Shown: positions 1 through 9,618 of the stretch, piece by piece
Numbering within the stretch: position 1 is the first letter of the stretch
How the letters are laid out: every line of letters starts with the position of its first letter
Source: a virus
Virus record (IMG/VR): IMGVR_UViG_3300029049_000006
Reading direction: 5' to 3' (one strand)
DNA: 64,000 nt
Notes under the pieces: generated by a model
The model's input: only the letters and a program-made list of their open reading frames with translations
What the model was told of the DNA's origin: nothing
The model's database searches: none
Program-made: the position numbers and the translations under genes

Positions 1-181
1 ACAGTGGTAAACCGTTTGATGCGGTTTAGCGTTCTGTCTCCGGAAACAGCCACCCGGACCGTAGTCCGCACGGCTTCCGGGGAGGAAAAAGAAGTCATTG
101 TCGCCAAGAGGCGGCGGCGTTTGGGCGGGGTACGTTCCCACTCCTGAAAAATCTCTCATTATTAACAATAAAAAATAAACC

Positions 182-667
182 ATGAGCCATACAACTAAAG
201 TCAAATCCGTAGTCATCCGGGATGTCCGGGCTATCCGTGCCGCTGTGCAGGAACTCCAACGCGCGGGGCGAAAAATCGTCTTGAAGGAAAATGCTGTTCC
301 CCGCATGTATTACAAAGACCAGTTCCAGAACAGCACCAAGCGTCAGACGGCGGAATACGTCATTGAGTGCCAGGGGATGTCCAACATTACCGGAAAACCG
401 TGTGATGTGGGCCTTGTCAAGCAGGATGATGGAACGTTTGTGCCGTATCTTGATACGTGGGGAAACTACGTCAAAGAGCATTGCGGAAACCCGAAACTTA
501 CTGCCAAAGATGGCCTTACGGAGTCGGATATTGCCATTGCGGCTTTCTCCCAGGCGTATTCCAAGCACGCGGCCATTTTCGCGGCAACTGACCAGGGCTA
601 CACCGTGCAGGACTGCTACCTTGATTCCGCGGGCAATGTGCAGTTGACCGTAGCCACCGGATTCTAA
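182..667 (+). CDS. hypothetical protein, DUF1257-like
   Basis: ATG ORF of 161 aa. N-terminus MSHTTKVKSVVIRD..AVQELQRAG resembles DUF1257 proteins (MSHFxxIKTxIxD..L..AL.DLG) as far as I recall that family. Followed by a small DUF2997-like partner. Confidence 0.45.
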   Translation: MSHTTKVKSVVIRDVRAIRAAVQELQRAGRKIVLKENAVPRMYYKDQFQNSTKRQTAEYVIECQGMSNITGKPCDVGLVKQDDGTFVPYLDTWGNYVKEHCGNPKLTAKDGLTESDIAIAAFSQAYSKHAAIFAATDQGYTVQDCYLDSAGNVQLTVATGF

Positions 668-675
668 GCCTGAAA

Positions 676-692
676 TTTGCAACGATTACAAA
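676..692. repeat. degenerate copy of intergenic palindrome (TTTGCAACGATTACAAA)
   Basis: Two mismatches to TTTGCAATSATTGCAAA. Intergenic. Confidence 0.5.
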
Positions 693-702
693 AATCAACA
701 AC

Positions 703-906
703 ATGGAAACAATTCACATTACGATTGACCCGGCAGGCCGCCCGACTCTGAAAGGGGAAGGATTCACCGGCACAAAATGCAACGACCGCATGAAAGCTAT
801 CGAGGATAAGCTTGGAGCCGGAAAAGGAGCCACGCGGACTGACCACCAGGAAATGTACGCGCCGGAAGACACGACCAGCACGGAGCAGCCCATTCATATG
901 TGGTAA
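703..906 (+). CDS. small protein, DUF2997-like
   Basis: 67 aa. METIHITIDPAGRPTLKGEGFTGTKCNDRMKAIEDKLG fits the DUF2997 pattern (MxxIxFRIxxDGRVxxEVxGxxGxxC....IExxLG) as recalled. This family usually pairs with DUF1257. Confidence 0.45.
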   Translation: METIHITIDPAGRPTLKGEGFTGTKCNDRMKAIEDKLGAGKGATRTDHQEMYAPEDTTSTEQPIHMW

Positions 907-929
907 AAAATCAGCCCCCCCTTATTATC

Positions 930-1250
930 ATGAGCCAGCAAATCACTATCTATCCGGACGGCGGTATGGAATCGCTCAGGGTATCTTCCGGAAACGGGCT
1001 TGACCTGCGGATGTTCGGAACCGTGGAAGCCCGGCGTGTATCTGACATTGTTTTTGACGATGCGGCGCAGAAGTGGAAAATTGACATACTTGGGCAAGGT
1101 CTATTGACCCTTTCCGAGTGGGCCAACGTGGCGAAGAAGCCTTTACCCTGCTTTGCACGTCTGGCGGCGGACGGCGTGATTTTACTGGCGGAATATGAAC
1201 AGGCGGTTGATGTCGAAGTGCAGTACTTTAACGCCCGGAGAGTCAAATGA
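930..1250 (+). CDS. hypothetical protein
   Basis: The track ORF starts with GTG at 900. The first in-frame ATG is 930 (MSQQITIYPDGG...). Sits in the + strand gene string. Confidence 0.4.
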   Translation: MSQQITIYPDGGMESLRVSSGNGLDLRMFGTVEARRVSDIVFDDAAQKWKIDILGQGLLTLSEWANVAKKPLPCFARLAADGVILLAEYEQAVDVEVQYFNARRVK

Positions 1251-1334
1251 CCGAAAAAATCCCCCTGCCAGCAATAATCGCCGGCAGGGGGACTGCAAGT
1301 TACTCTGAAAACACTATATCGTGCGCCGTGAATT

Positions 1335-2243
1335 GTGCCAAAATCTCATGTACAGTCAAGCGAAAATCAGGATTTTCACAAAATCTGGTGCTGGTTGTAC
1401 CGAACGGTCCGCCCCGCAGTGGAAGCCGAATCCGCCACATTGTTTCCCGTGCTGGAATTCGTGTTCGACCGGACGCTAGCCTGCGGAAAAACCTGGGAAG
1501 TCATCAGGCTTTTTCAGTTTTCGGAAAATCTGACGTTGCACCGGAACACCATTTCCCGGAATATCAAGCGGCTGGTTGCGCTGGGGATTATCCTTACACG
1601 GAACCCGAAACATGGCCGGGCAATATACGCTATCAATTTAAACTGGACTGACACCGATATGATGAAAACTCCGAAGCGGGGCCGGACGGAAGCCCCTGTC
1701 ATCCCTCTTTCCGAGATAGGCCGCATGGCGGCGGAAAAAGCGGCGGAAGCCAAAAAGAAAAAGCAACGCAAACTGTCGTTTGACGCGGTTTCCAGCCTGT
1801 GGGCTTCCACTGTCGTGGACCTGCTGGGAAGGGAGGCGTTTATTGCACCGACGAAAACAAACTACATGGCGCTGTTTTCTTACGCCAAACGGTTTACCTC
1901 CGAGGGTAAAACCTTCTCCGATTTTAAGGATTTTTTAACTTGGGCGATTGGGCGCTGGCAACTTATCATGCGAGATACTTTCCGCTGGACAAAAAACACC
2001 GCTCCGAAAGTGCCGTCCATTGGCTGGCTGGTAAAATTTTCCGCTCAATTCGAGGAAGCCTATCTGCTTTACCTCAATCCGGTCGCAGGAAAAAACCTTT
2101 CCGGCAATCCAGCCGTCAAACCGAAGAGCGCCCGACCCCGAACGGTCGAACCGAAAATGTCAAAACCTAAACCCCAGCCCCCGAAGCTTTTGAGGCCGTC
2201 AGGCGGTGGCGCTGGAATCGAAGAGCTTCCTGAATGGCGATAA
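1335..2243 (+). CDS. putative DNA-binding protein with helix-turn-helix (possible replication initiator or helicase loader partner)
   Basis: 302 aa. HTH-like segment TWEVIRLFQFSENLTLHRNTISRNIKRLVALGIIL. Basic C-terminus. Lies upstream of the DnaB-like helicase. Start is uncertain: GTG at 1335 and no early in-frame ATG. Confidence 0.35.
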   Translation: MPKSHVQSSENQDFHKIWCWLYRTVRPAVEAESATLFPVLEFVFDRTLACGKTWEVIRLFQFSENLTLHRNTISRNIKRLVALGIILTRNPKHGRAIYAINLNWTDTDMMKTPKRGRTEAPVIPLSEIGRMAAEKAAEAKKKKQRKLSFDAVSSLWASTVVDLLGREAFIAPTKTNYMALFSYAKRFTSEGKTFSDFKDFLTWAIGRWQLIMRDTFRWTKNTAPKVPSIGWLVKFSAQFEEAYLLYLNPVAGKNLSGNPAVKPKSARPRTVEPKMSKPKPQPPKLLRPSGGGAGIEELPEWR

Positions 2244-2285
2244 CCGTAACCCTAACCCTTTATCTCTCTTTTACTTTTTTCCGAC

Positions 2286-2849
2286 ATGAACAATGCGATT
2301 TCCTGTGATGAAGTGGCTGCCGCGTTGCAGCGCAATGGCATTCCGAGAATGTTCACCCGCCCCGGATATTCCGGGCTTTCCGACATTAAAGGCCGGCAGG
2401 CCGTTAATACGCGGATGCTGTTGGTTGACCGGGTGGCGGATTGTTCCCCCGCCGCCCCGCTGGTGCTGGAATTGTCCGGGGACGGAAAAACGTCAATAGA
2501 GGTGTTTTACGGGGCAATCCGGGTGTTGGTCCTCCGATATAGGTTTTCGGTATTGGTGACTAACCTGGCAGATCTGTTGCCCCGGATTGATTCCTGTTTC
2601 GATTTTTTGAAGAATACCCAGCACCATGTGCTTGCTCTGTCCTCAATGGTGGAGGATGACCGGACGGCGGGCTACCTTTCCCAGCAGGAGCTGTACCGGT
2701 GTGAGCGTTTTGTTCAGGAGTGGCTAATGGCCGGAAAGCATCTTGTTTTTACCGGGGCAAGGCCGCTGAAAGATTCGGAGATGTTCAGCCGGGGCTTTAT
2801 CAATTTTTTGACCAGCCAGGATAATTACATTTTTGTTCCGGAGGATTGA
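2286..2849 (+). CDS. hypothetical protein
   Basis: 187 aa ATG ORF between the HTH protein and the helicase. No recognisable motifs. Confidence 0.45.
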   Translation: MNNAISCDEVAAALQRNGIPRMFTRPGYSGLSDIKGRQAVNTRMLLVDRVADCSPAAPLVLELSGDGKTSIEVFYGAIRVLVLRYRFSVLVTNLADLLPRIDSCFDFLKNTQHHVLALSSMVEDDRTAGYLSQQELYRCERFVQEWLMAGKHLVFTGARPLKDSEMFSRGFINFLTSQDNYIFVPED

Positions 2850-2852
2850 CGT

Positions 2853-4124
2853 ATGGCCGTAGGCATTGATTTTTTGCGTGCTGTTTGCGCCGAACAGAAC
2901 GTGTCCCTGCTCCACCAGGTGGATGCTACCTACTTTCTTGATGACGAGCGCCCTTTTTATCAGTTTGTCCGCAACCACTACGACAACTACCACTCATTGC
3001 CGGATGCAAGGGCGCAGGCCATAGGGAGGTTTACCTTTAACACGCCGTTGGTTAATAATGGGCAATACTGGTTTGCCACCCTCGTCAACCGGACGAGGTA
3101 CAACGCTGTGCGGCGGTATTACTCTCAATTTCAGACGGCGATAAAGACTTACGATTGGGAGCAGCTTTTAGGCATCACTTCGGCCATACAATCGTCGGTG
3201 ATGGCCGTCGGAGCAAGTCAGGGATATACCAACATGCATCAGCAGGCCCAGGCGGTGTGGGAGGATTACCAGATTGCCAGACGGTCGTCCGACATGCGGG
3301 GAATACCTACCCCGTGGGCAACGCTGAACCAGGCAACCGGAGGCTGGGCAGGCGGCGATTTGGTGGTAATTGCCGGAAGGCCCGGTATGGGTAAATCCTG
3401 GTCGCTTCTCAAGTGCATGGAGGCGGCTTTCACCGCCGGGAAAAAATGCGGGTTTGTTTCAATGGAAATGTCTCCGATTCAAATTGCCCGCCGCTGGATA
3501 GGTCTTCGCGCCGGCATCAACCCTAATTTGATTCGGCAGGGGACCATGACTACATACTCCGAGCGCAGAATGCGGGATTTAATCGCCCGGATGGCGGATG
3601 AAGAAGCCCTTCATATCCTGTCCGGGGACATGTCAAAAACAACCGATAAAGTTGTGGGGATGATAGACCAGCTTCACCCGGACATCATGTTTGTTGATGC
3701 GGTGTACTTGCTTTCCCCTTCCGGAATGCGGCTTGGGTATGTAAAAAGGTGGGAGGCATTGACGGAAGTTATCCGGGAATTGAAACAGTGCGCTATTAAA
3801 AACGGGATTCCGATTGTGATTACCGTCCAGCTCAACCGCAACGTGAAAACAAACTCACGCCGGGAACTGGATTCCGGGGATATTTCCGGCTCTGATTCTA
3901 TCCCTCAAGATGCGTCCATTTTGCTTGGCCAACGACATGGGCCGGGGCCTTTCGGCTACCGCTACCGCTACTATGACTTTATGAAAAACCGTGACGGTGA
4001 AACCCCTGATTTTATGACGAATTTTGTTTTCGACCCGCCTAATTTTGACGAGGTTCCCATACCGGATGATGACGCTTCCGGGGAACCGGTAGAACCTGAT
4101 GCTTCCACCGGATATACTTATTGA
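2853..4124 (+). CDS. DnaB-like replicative DNA helicase (SF4)
   Basis: Walker A GRPGMGKSWSLL. DnaB H4-like VITVQLNRNVKTNSRRELDSGDISGSDSIPQDASILLGQRH. 423 aa. Confidence 0.8.
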   Translation: MAVGIDFLRAVCAEQNVSLLHQVDATYFLDDERPFYQFVRNHYDNYHSLPDARAQAIGRFTFNTPLVNNGQYWFATLVNRTRYNAVRRYYSQFQTAIKTYDWEQLLGITSAIQSSVMAVGASQGYTNMHQQAQAVWEDYQIARRSSDMRGIPTPWATLNQATGGWAGGDLVVIAGRPGMGKSWSLLKCMEAAFTAGKKCGFVSMEMSPIQIARRWIGLRAGINPNLIRQGTMTTYSERRMRDLIARMADEEALHILSGDMSKTTDKVVGMIDQLHPDIMFVDAVYLLSPSGMRLGYVKRWEALTEVIRELKQCAIKNGIPIVITVQLNRNVKTNSRRELDSGDISGSDSIPQDASILLGQRHGPGPFGYRYRYYDFMKNRDGETPDFMTNFVFDPPNFDEVPIPDDDASGEPVEPDASTGYTY

Positions 4125-4152
4125 TTTTAACCCTCCATTTTACGTTCCCGCG

Positions 4153-6981
4153 ATGAAAAAAACCAATACCGCTAATTTAAACCTGCTGCTTCAAAATGAC
4201 CGCAAAACGGTCAAGCCTCCAATTCTGGTGGTGTGCGAGCCTCCCGGAGAGCAGACTTTTTCGCAGGGTGGCGTCATGTCCCAATTTCACTTGAGCCGGT
4301 TTAACCGGATGTGCAATAATTGCGGCATTCCGCTTTCCATGCTGGAATTCATCACCCCATGCCCCCCAGTTCCGGAAGCCATTACCAAGCGGGAAAAAAA
4401 GGTGCTTGAATATTTGAGTCAGTACCGGAACGAATTCATCACGGCTTTAAACCGGCTGCTTCCCGGAAAGCGTCTTGTGGTGTTTTTGGGCAAAAATGCG
4501 TTGAGGCAGTTCGCCGGGAAAAACGTTTCAATTAAGGAACTGCGCGGCTCGTTTGAGCGCATCGACCCTAAGCTGATGGCCGTTCCGGCATCCCTGCGTA
4601 CCATAGCTATTTACGGCCCCGGACATTTCACCCGGTCACCGGAGGTGCTTCCGGTAGTGGAGGCGGATATGCGGCAGATTGGCAATCTCATCAAAAACAA
4701 CTGGGATTATTCATGCTTCCGCTCGTCTATTGAGAGCGGGGAGTACACCTGGTGCCGGGATTTATCGCCCCTGCTGGAAAACCCTCCGAAGTTTATCGGG
4801 CTTGACACGGAAACGCGGGGCCTGGATTACGCTATGGGGCGCAAAGCCATTTTGACCGTGCAGATAACAATTAAGGATGGAAAAAGCCTTGTCATTCCAT
4901 TGGACCCGGATTTTTACAATGACCGGGCGTTGCGCGATGAAACGGTCGATTACGGGGAGGATTTAACCGCTGATGAGGTGTCCGGAATTATTGAACAACT
5001 GAAACAGCTACTATCTAATTCGAGCATCAAGGTTTTCGGACACAATCTCAAGTTCGACTTGCACCACCTGAAAAACTACGGGATAGAGGTCGCAAACTGG
5101 TTCGCAGATACAATGCAACTTTCTTACGTTGTCGATGACAACATGCAAGAGCGAAACCTTGATGAATGCACCCGCCGCTGGGTTAAGCCGATGGCCGGAT
5201 ATGCTGACGAGTTTAACAAAAAGGTGGATAAAAGCCACATGGAGACCGTGCATCACCGGGAGTTTCTGCGTTACGCTGGCGGCGATACTGATGCCGTATT
5301 CCGGCTTTACCGGGAGCTGGTCATCTTGGCGAAGCAGGACCGGAGGAACTGGAATTGTTTTTTGCGGGTGCAAATGCCCGCCTTGCGGGCGTTTTTGAAG
5401 ATGGAGCACGTCGGTATGAATGTGGACCAGCAATCCCTGCGGTCTCTGGGTGATGAGCTGGACGTGATGGACGCTGAATTGGAGCAGGAGCTTTCCGAAA
5501 CGGTCAAGCGCGACATACCGGAGGCGGTGAAAGAATTGTTCGCGGAGGGAAAGCCGCTTGACTTTAACTCGTCCAAGTGTGTATCGCACTTGCTGTTCAG
5601 CCGCTCCGGGTATGGCCTCGTCCCAAAAGTGTTTACTCAGGGCAGTACCAAAGATGCGCCGGTTCCGTCCGTGTCCATAAAAACGCATCTTCCTTTCTTT
5701 TCCGACTCCTGTCCGTTCGTGGCCCGCTATATTGAGTACAAGCAGCTTCAAATGCTTCGGAACACTTACGTCGGTAAACCGCGCCAGAGCAAAGAAACGC
5801 CTATCCTCCGTCTGAAAAATGGAAACTATCCTGCGGTGTACAAAAAAGCCCTTGAAGAGATGGACGCTCAAATCATGGCTAAAGTCCCCGCATTTACCCG
5901 GATAAGGGACACAGGCGGGGAATGCCCTCCGAACGGTCGAACCGTACTGGCCCAGGCAACAATACCCAAAGGCGTTGTGACGCTATACCGGGGCGGGCAG
6001 GCCACAATCACCACCGAGCAGCCCCCGTCCGGATTCTGGCAAAACATCTGCGCTGACGGGTCAATCCACGCCACCTTCCGGCTGGACAAGACCGTCACCG
6101 GACGCTCGTCCTGCCAAAATCCGAATTTGCAGAACATTCCCAAGCGGGGCCGGTTGGCGAAAATGTTCCGCCGGGTATTCACCGCCAGGCCGGGGAAAGT
6201 CATCATCGAATGCGACCTTTCCCAGGCTGAGCTGCGTATCGCGGCCTGGATGGCCAATGAGCGGCATATGATTGAGCTTTATCGGAATGGCGTGGACATT
6301 CACGCGGCTACAGCCGCCAAGGCGGCACAAATGACGTTGGAGCAGTTTCAGGCCCTTCCGCATGACCAGTACAAAAAACTCCGGCAAAACGGGAAGCCCG
6401 TCAATTTTGGATTTTTGTACGGGATGGGTTGGGACAAATTCATGCGGTTCGCCCGAACGGATTACGGCGTGACGTTCACGCCGGAAGAGGCGCAGAATAT
6501 GCGGAAACACTTTTTTGAGGCGTACCCGGCGTTGCAGGTGTGGCATAAAAACATGCGGGCATTCGTCCGCAAACATGGGTATGTGCGTGCCCTCCACGGA
6601 AGCTTGCGGCGTCTTCCGGGGATTTACTCAACCGATGAGGCGGTCGTCGCTGAATGTGAGCGGCAGGCCATTAACTCCCCGGTTCAAAAATTCGCGTCGG
6701 ACATAGGGCTGATGGCCTTAGCTGAATTTTCCAAGCACGATACCCCGGATTATTACGGGATTTCTTTTATTCACGACGCAAACTACATTGAGGTCAACGC
6801 CGAGGCGGCGTATGAGGTCACTGGGTGGTTGAAGTGGCAAATGCAAAATATTCCGTTTTATGACTGGTTTGGCTTGGAACCTCCGCTTCCTATTATCGCC
6901 GATGCCGCAGTCGGTCCAAGTTTAGACAAGACGGAAGAGCAGGAAAATCAGGAAGTTATTGTGCCGCCGTGGGCAAAATAG
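4153..6981 (+). CDS. DNA polymerase, family A, with 3'-5' exonuclease domain and an extra N-terminal domain
   Basis: Exo I FIGLDTETRGLDY, Exo II VFGHNLKFDLHHL, Exo III YAGGDTDAVFRLY. Pol motif A DLSQAELRIAAW, motif B KPVNFGFLYGMG, motif C IHDANYIEV. The N-terminal ~230 aa (from ATG 4153) has weak UDG-superfamily-like features. The track ORF begins at 4099 inside the DnaB end. Confidence 0.9.
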   Translation: MKKTNTANLNLLLQNDRKTVKPPILVVCEPPGEQTFSQGGVMSQFHLSRFNRMCNNCGIPLSMLEFITPCPPVPEAITKREKKVLEYLSQYRNEFITALNRLLPGKRLVVFLGKNALRQFAGKNVSIKELRGSFERIDPKLMAVPASLRTIAIYGPGHFTRSPEVLPVVEADMRQIGNLIKNNWDYSCFRSSIESGEYTWCRDLSPLLENPPKFIGLDTETRGLDYAMGRKAILTVQITIKDGKSLVIPLDPDFYNDRALRDETVDYGEDLTADEVSGIIEQLKQLLSNSSIKVFGHNLKFDLHHLKNYGIEVANWFADTMQLSYVVDDNMQERNLDECTRRWVKPMAGYADEFNKKVDKSHMETVHHREFLRYAGGDTDAVFRLYRELVILAKQDRRNWNCFLRVQMPALRAFLKMEHVGMNVDQQSLRSLGDELDVMDAELEQELSETVKRDIPEAVKELFAEGKPLDFNSSKCVSHLLFSRSGYGLVPKVFTQGSTKDAPVPSVSIKTHLPFFSDSCPFVARYIEYKQLQMLRNTYVGKPRQSKETPILRLKNGNYPAVYKKALEEMDAQIMAKVPAFTRIRDTGGECPPNGRTVLAQATIPKGVVTLYRGGQATITTEQPPSGFWQNICADGSIHATFRLDKTVTGRSSCQNPNLQNIPKRGRLAKMFRRVFTARPGKVIIECDLSQAELRIAAWMANERHMIELYRNGVDIHAATAAKAAQMTLEQFQALPHDQYKKLRQNGKPVNFGFLYGMGWDKFMRFARTDYGVTFTPEEAQNMRKHFFEAYPALQVWHKNMRAFVRKHGYVRALHGSLRRLPGIYSTDEAVVAECERQAINSPVQKFASDIGLMALAEFSKHDTPDYYGISFIHDANYIEVNAEAAYEVTGWLKWQMQNIPFYDWFGLEPPLPIIADAAVGPSLDKTEEQENQEVIVPPWAK

Positions 6982-7002
6982 CTGGTATTCTCTTCCTGCG
7001 AA

Positions 7003-7019
7003 TTTGCAATGATTGCAAA
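7003..7019. repeat. intergenic palindrome TTTGCAATGATTGCAAA, copy 2
   Basis: Perfect 17-bp palindrome + T7. 22 nt after the polymerase stop. Confidence 0.9.
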
Positions 7020-7047
7020 TTTTTTTCGTGAATTGAATACTTTTATC

Positions 7048-7124
7048 TTGCAATTTTCATTTTTTAGTGTTATAACAAACCCATCAAAGGGCGAAAGCCC
7101 TGAATCAATAAAAACATCACCAAT
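7048..7124 (+). promoter_or_regulatory. sigma70-like promoter (-35 TTGCAA, 17-bp spacer, -10 TATAAC) + structured leader
   Basis: TTGCAA-N17-TATAAC. Leader CATCAAAGGGCGAAAGCCCTGAATC (GGGC/GCCC stem) followed by an A-rich tract to ATG 7125. Confidence 0.55.
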
Positions 7125-8393
7125 ATGAGCAAGACCGAAATTGATATTACCAAGCCGCTTAATCTGGCTGACCGCCAAGAACTCCGTTTTACCGGATACG
7201 CCACGCAGAACAATGACCCGAAGCTGTCTCCGGGAGATGTCATCTATTTTCTGAAACAGGCGCGGGACGATAAAAACATCCCTGTTTATGACGTTGCCAC
7301 TACCAAAAAGGGCAAGGTAGCCGTGGAAAGTCTTTACGCTGACGAATTTGAAGTTGTGGATGCGGATTCCACGCCGGAAGCCGCCCCGGTTGCGGCCCCT
7401 GCCAAAAAGAAAAAGACGGAATTCAAGAAGGTGGAGGAACCCGGCGAAGAGCAGCCCGCCCCCAAGGCTAAGAAGGCCAAAGCCGTCAAAGCGGAAGCCG
7501 CCCCTGCTAAGAAGACCAAGAAGGAAAAAGTGAAGGCCGAAGCCCCCGTGGAAGTGCAGGAGCCGCAGGAAGTCCAGGAACCTGCAGCTGAGGCTGAATC
7601 CGTTCCCGCCGTCCAGCCCGAAGCCGTCAAGGAAGTTGAAGACATCAAGCCCGCCTCCACTCCGGAATTGGGAATGGATGCCGTAACCCTTAACTTGATT
7701 CAGGAACACGGCGGGAATGCCTGTGCCGCCGCCCTTGCCATTGCCAAGGATTCTGAGGCTAAGCGATTCCTTCTTGGCGGCGTGCTGCTGTACATCCAAA
7801 AAACGAAAGTTTACGAGGAAGAAAAGGATTCTGCCGGAGTTCCCCGCTTCACCGGGCAAAAGGGCTTTGCCATGTTCTGCGAGCAGTATATCGGGCTTTC
7901 CTATTCTTCCGCAAAATTGTACCAGCGCATCTACGCTAATTTCACCAGCATGGGCCTCGGTGTTGAGGATTTTCGGAGAGTGGGCACGGCTAAGGCCCGT
8001 GAAATTGTGCAAATGATTGAGCTGGACTTTTCCAAGGCCGACGTTGAGGAGGCTATCCATATCGGCGAGACGAAAACGCACGAAGAACTGCACTCCCACG
8101 TAAGTTCAAAAATGCAGGATGCCGAAATTGAGGGGCATGGATTACGCGATAAGGTTAAATGCACGCTCTACAAATTTGAGGTGTTTGCTGACCAGGAAGA
8201 CATCATCAACGCCGCCATCCGGCTGGCAATGGACAATGGAGACATTAAGGACACCGACCAGAACGCCCTTGGGCGCGCGTTTGTTTCCATCTGTTCCGAC
8301 TATTTGCAGGCGTACAGCAAAGTGGCGCAGCCGGTGGTAGATGAAACCGAAGAATTTCAGGAATCTGTAGCCCAGGAATCCGTCAATGCTTGA
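7125..8393 (+). CDS. protein with lysine/alanine/proline-rich histone-H1-like linker
   Basis: 422 aa. Central low-complexity region AAPAKKKKTEFKK...PKAKKAKAVKAEAAPAKKTKKEKVKAEAP, reminiscent of H1 / AlgP KPAA repeats. Conserved N- and C-terminal domains of unknown function. Behind a promoter-leader module. Confidence 0.5.
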   Translation: MSKTEIDITKPLNLADRQELRFTGYATQNNDPKLSPGDVIYFLKQARDDKNIPVYDVATTKKGKVAVESLYADEFEVVDADSTPEAAPVAAPAKKKKTEFKKVEEPGEEQPAPKAKKAKAVKAEAAPAKKTKKEKVKAEAPVEVQEPQEVQEPAAEAESVPAVQPEAVKEVEDIKPASTPELGMDAVTLNLIQEHGGNACAAALAIAKDSEAKRFLLGGVLLYIQKTKVYEEEKDSAGVPRFTGQKGFAMFCEQYIGLSYSSAKLYQRIYANFTSMGLGVEDFRRVGTAKAREIVQMIELDFSKADVEEAIHIGETKTHEELHSHVSSKMQDAEIEGHGLRDKVKCTLYKFEVFADQEDIINAAIRLAMDNGDIKDTDQNALGRAFVSICSDYLQAYSKVAQPVVDETEEFQESVAQESVNA

Positions 8394-9102
8394 TATTTCC
8401 AAATTTCGGTCTGAACTGGCCCGTTTCTTTTCGGAGGACGGGCCAGGCTCCCAGCCTACCTTCCCTGATGCCTGCGAGGGCGACTTGTGCCTATGGACGG
8501 ACGGGTCAGCTCTTGGAGACGCAAGGCAACTGGGAACTGGCGGAGGTTCCGCTTTTGCAGTGACAATAGTAGCTGGAGGTGAGGAGCATTATGTAGCCTC
8601 CTATGCGGAGCGCTTGGAGCCGCAATCGGAATCCGACTGCGGGGTGACGGTAAACTACGCGGAAATTAAGGCTATCCACAACGGGCTTTCCTACCTCCAA
8701 AAATTGGACGGGGCCGAGGACAAGACCATCCATGTGTTTTCCGATTCCGCTTACGCCGTTTCCGTCCTGTCTAAATGGGTTCATCGCTGGGAACGGTCGG
8801 AGCGTACTTTGGAATCTGTGGCAAAATCCGGCTGGTTGTGCGCTGATGGGTGGCCCGTGGCTAATGCCCGCCTGATAAAAGATACGCACCGGCTGAGAGT
8901 GGAATTTTTCCGGGTTGTGTATCATAAGATCGCCGGGCATTCCGGGTATTTTTTCAACGAGCATGCCGACTGTTTGGCATCCATCGCCAGAAACGGTCAG
9001 CTTTCTGATGCGCTGGTTGCGGATTATAATTGGCGGGGCCAGCGGATAAAATCGGTGCGCTTCGATTACACAGCTGGAAAAGTGGTGCTGGAAGAGTATT
9101 AG
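8386..9102 (+). CDS. ribonuclease H (RNase HI-like)
   Basis: CLWTDGSALG...GGGSAFAV, TVNYAEIKAIHNGL, IHVFSDSAYAV, KIAGHSGYFFNEHADCLA. These match the RNase H DEDD arrangement. Confidence 0.7.
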   Translation: MLDISKFRSELARFFSEDGPGSQPTFPDACEGDLCLWTDGSALGDARQLGTGGGSAFAVTIVAGGEEHYVASYAERLEPQSESDCGVTVNYAEIKAIHNGLSYLQKLDGAEDKTIHVFSDSAYAVSVLSKWVHRWERSERTLESVAKSGWLCADGWPVANARLIKDTHRLRVEFFRVVYHKIAGHSGYFFNEHADCLASIARNGQLSDALVADYNWRGQRIKSVRFDYTAGKVVLEEY

Positions 9103-9111
9103 CGTTTTCAA

Positions 9112-9128
9112 TTTGCAATCATTGCAAA
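9112..9128. repeat. intergenic palindrome TTTGCAATCATTGCAAA, copy 3
   Basis: Perfect copy + T7 after the RNase H stop. Confidence 0.9.
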
Positions 9129-9157
9129 TTTTTTTCTCAAAAAAGATTCTTTTTCTC

Positions 9158-9248
9158 TTGCAATTCATCAAAAATAATGCTAAATTGTGTTCATCAAAGG
9201 GAGGAAAGCTCCTAAGAATAAAAAACCTAAATTAGAAAGACCAAAACA
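9158..9248 (+). promoter_or_regulatory. sigma70-like promoter + structured leader
   Basis: TTGCAATTCATCAAAAATAATGCTAAATT gives -35 / N17 / extended -10 TGCTAAATT. Leader hairpin AGGAGGAAAGCTCCT. Confidence 0.55.
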
Positions 9249-9578
9249 ATGATTATCTCCATGAACCCTTACGATAACTGGAAAATTGAAGTTAGCGAAT
9301 TTTCCCATCTCAATCTGGGCATCGAAGGTGATTCCACAACGCTTGAAGATGAATCCGATGTTGCCTGGCTTCAAAATAAAATAGAAGCCCGTCTGAATGT
9401 GCTGTGGGACCAGATTGACGCGAACCCCGGAGATAAAACTCTGGAAGGCGACATGGAAGAGTTGGAAGAAGCGCTGGAAGACCTTGCTGCCGCCCGCGAA
9501 GAGCAGGAAGCCTACGAAATTAGGGAAGCCGAAGAATTTTTCCAGGAACAGTGCATGGAACGCTGCTACGCTTATTGA
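9249..9578 (+). CDS. acidic hypothetical protein
   Basis: 109 aa, highly acidic (EELEEALEDLAAAREEQEAYEIREAEE). Directly downstream of a promoter-leader module. Confidence 0.5.
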   Translation: MIISMNPYDNWKIEVSEFSHLNLGIEGDSTTLEDESDVAWLQNKIEARLNVLWDQIDANPGDKTLEGDMEELEEALEDLAAAREEQEAYEIREAEEFFQEQCMERCYAY

Positions 9579-9618
9579 TTAAATCTTATTTAACCCATTA
9601 AAAAACCTACTAAAAAAA

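Noticed and set aside
95-682. 195-aa minus-strand ORF at the window start
   Set aside because: Overlaps the + strand DUF1257-like ORF, which has a canonical ATG and sits in the + strand gene string.
5011-8099. Long minus-strand ORFs (5011-5871, 6061-6597, 6948-8099)
   Set aside because: They lie antisense to the DNA polymerase and the AKP-repeat protein, which carry clear motifs. The minus frames are low-complexity shadows.
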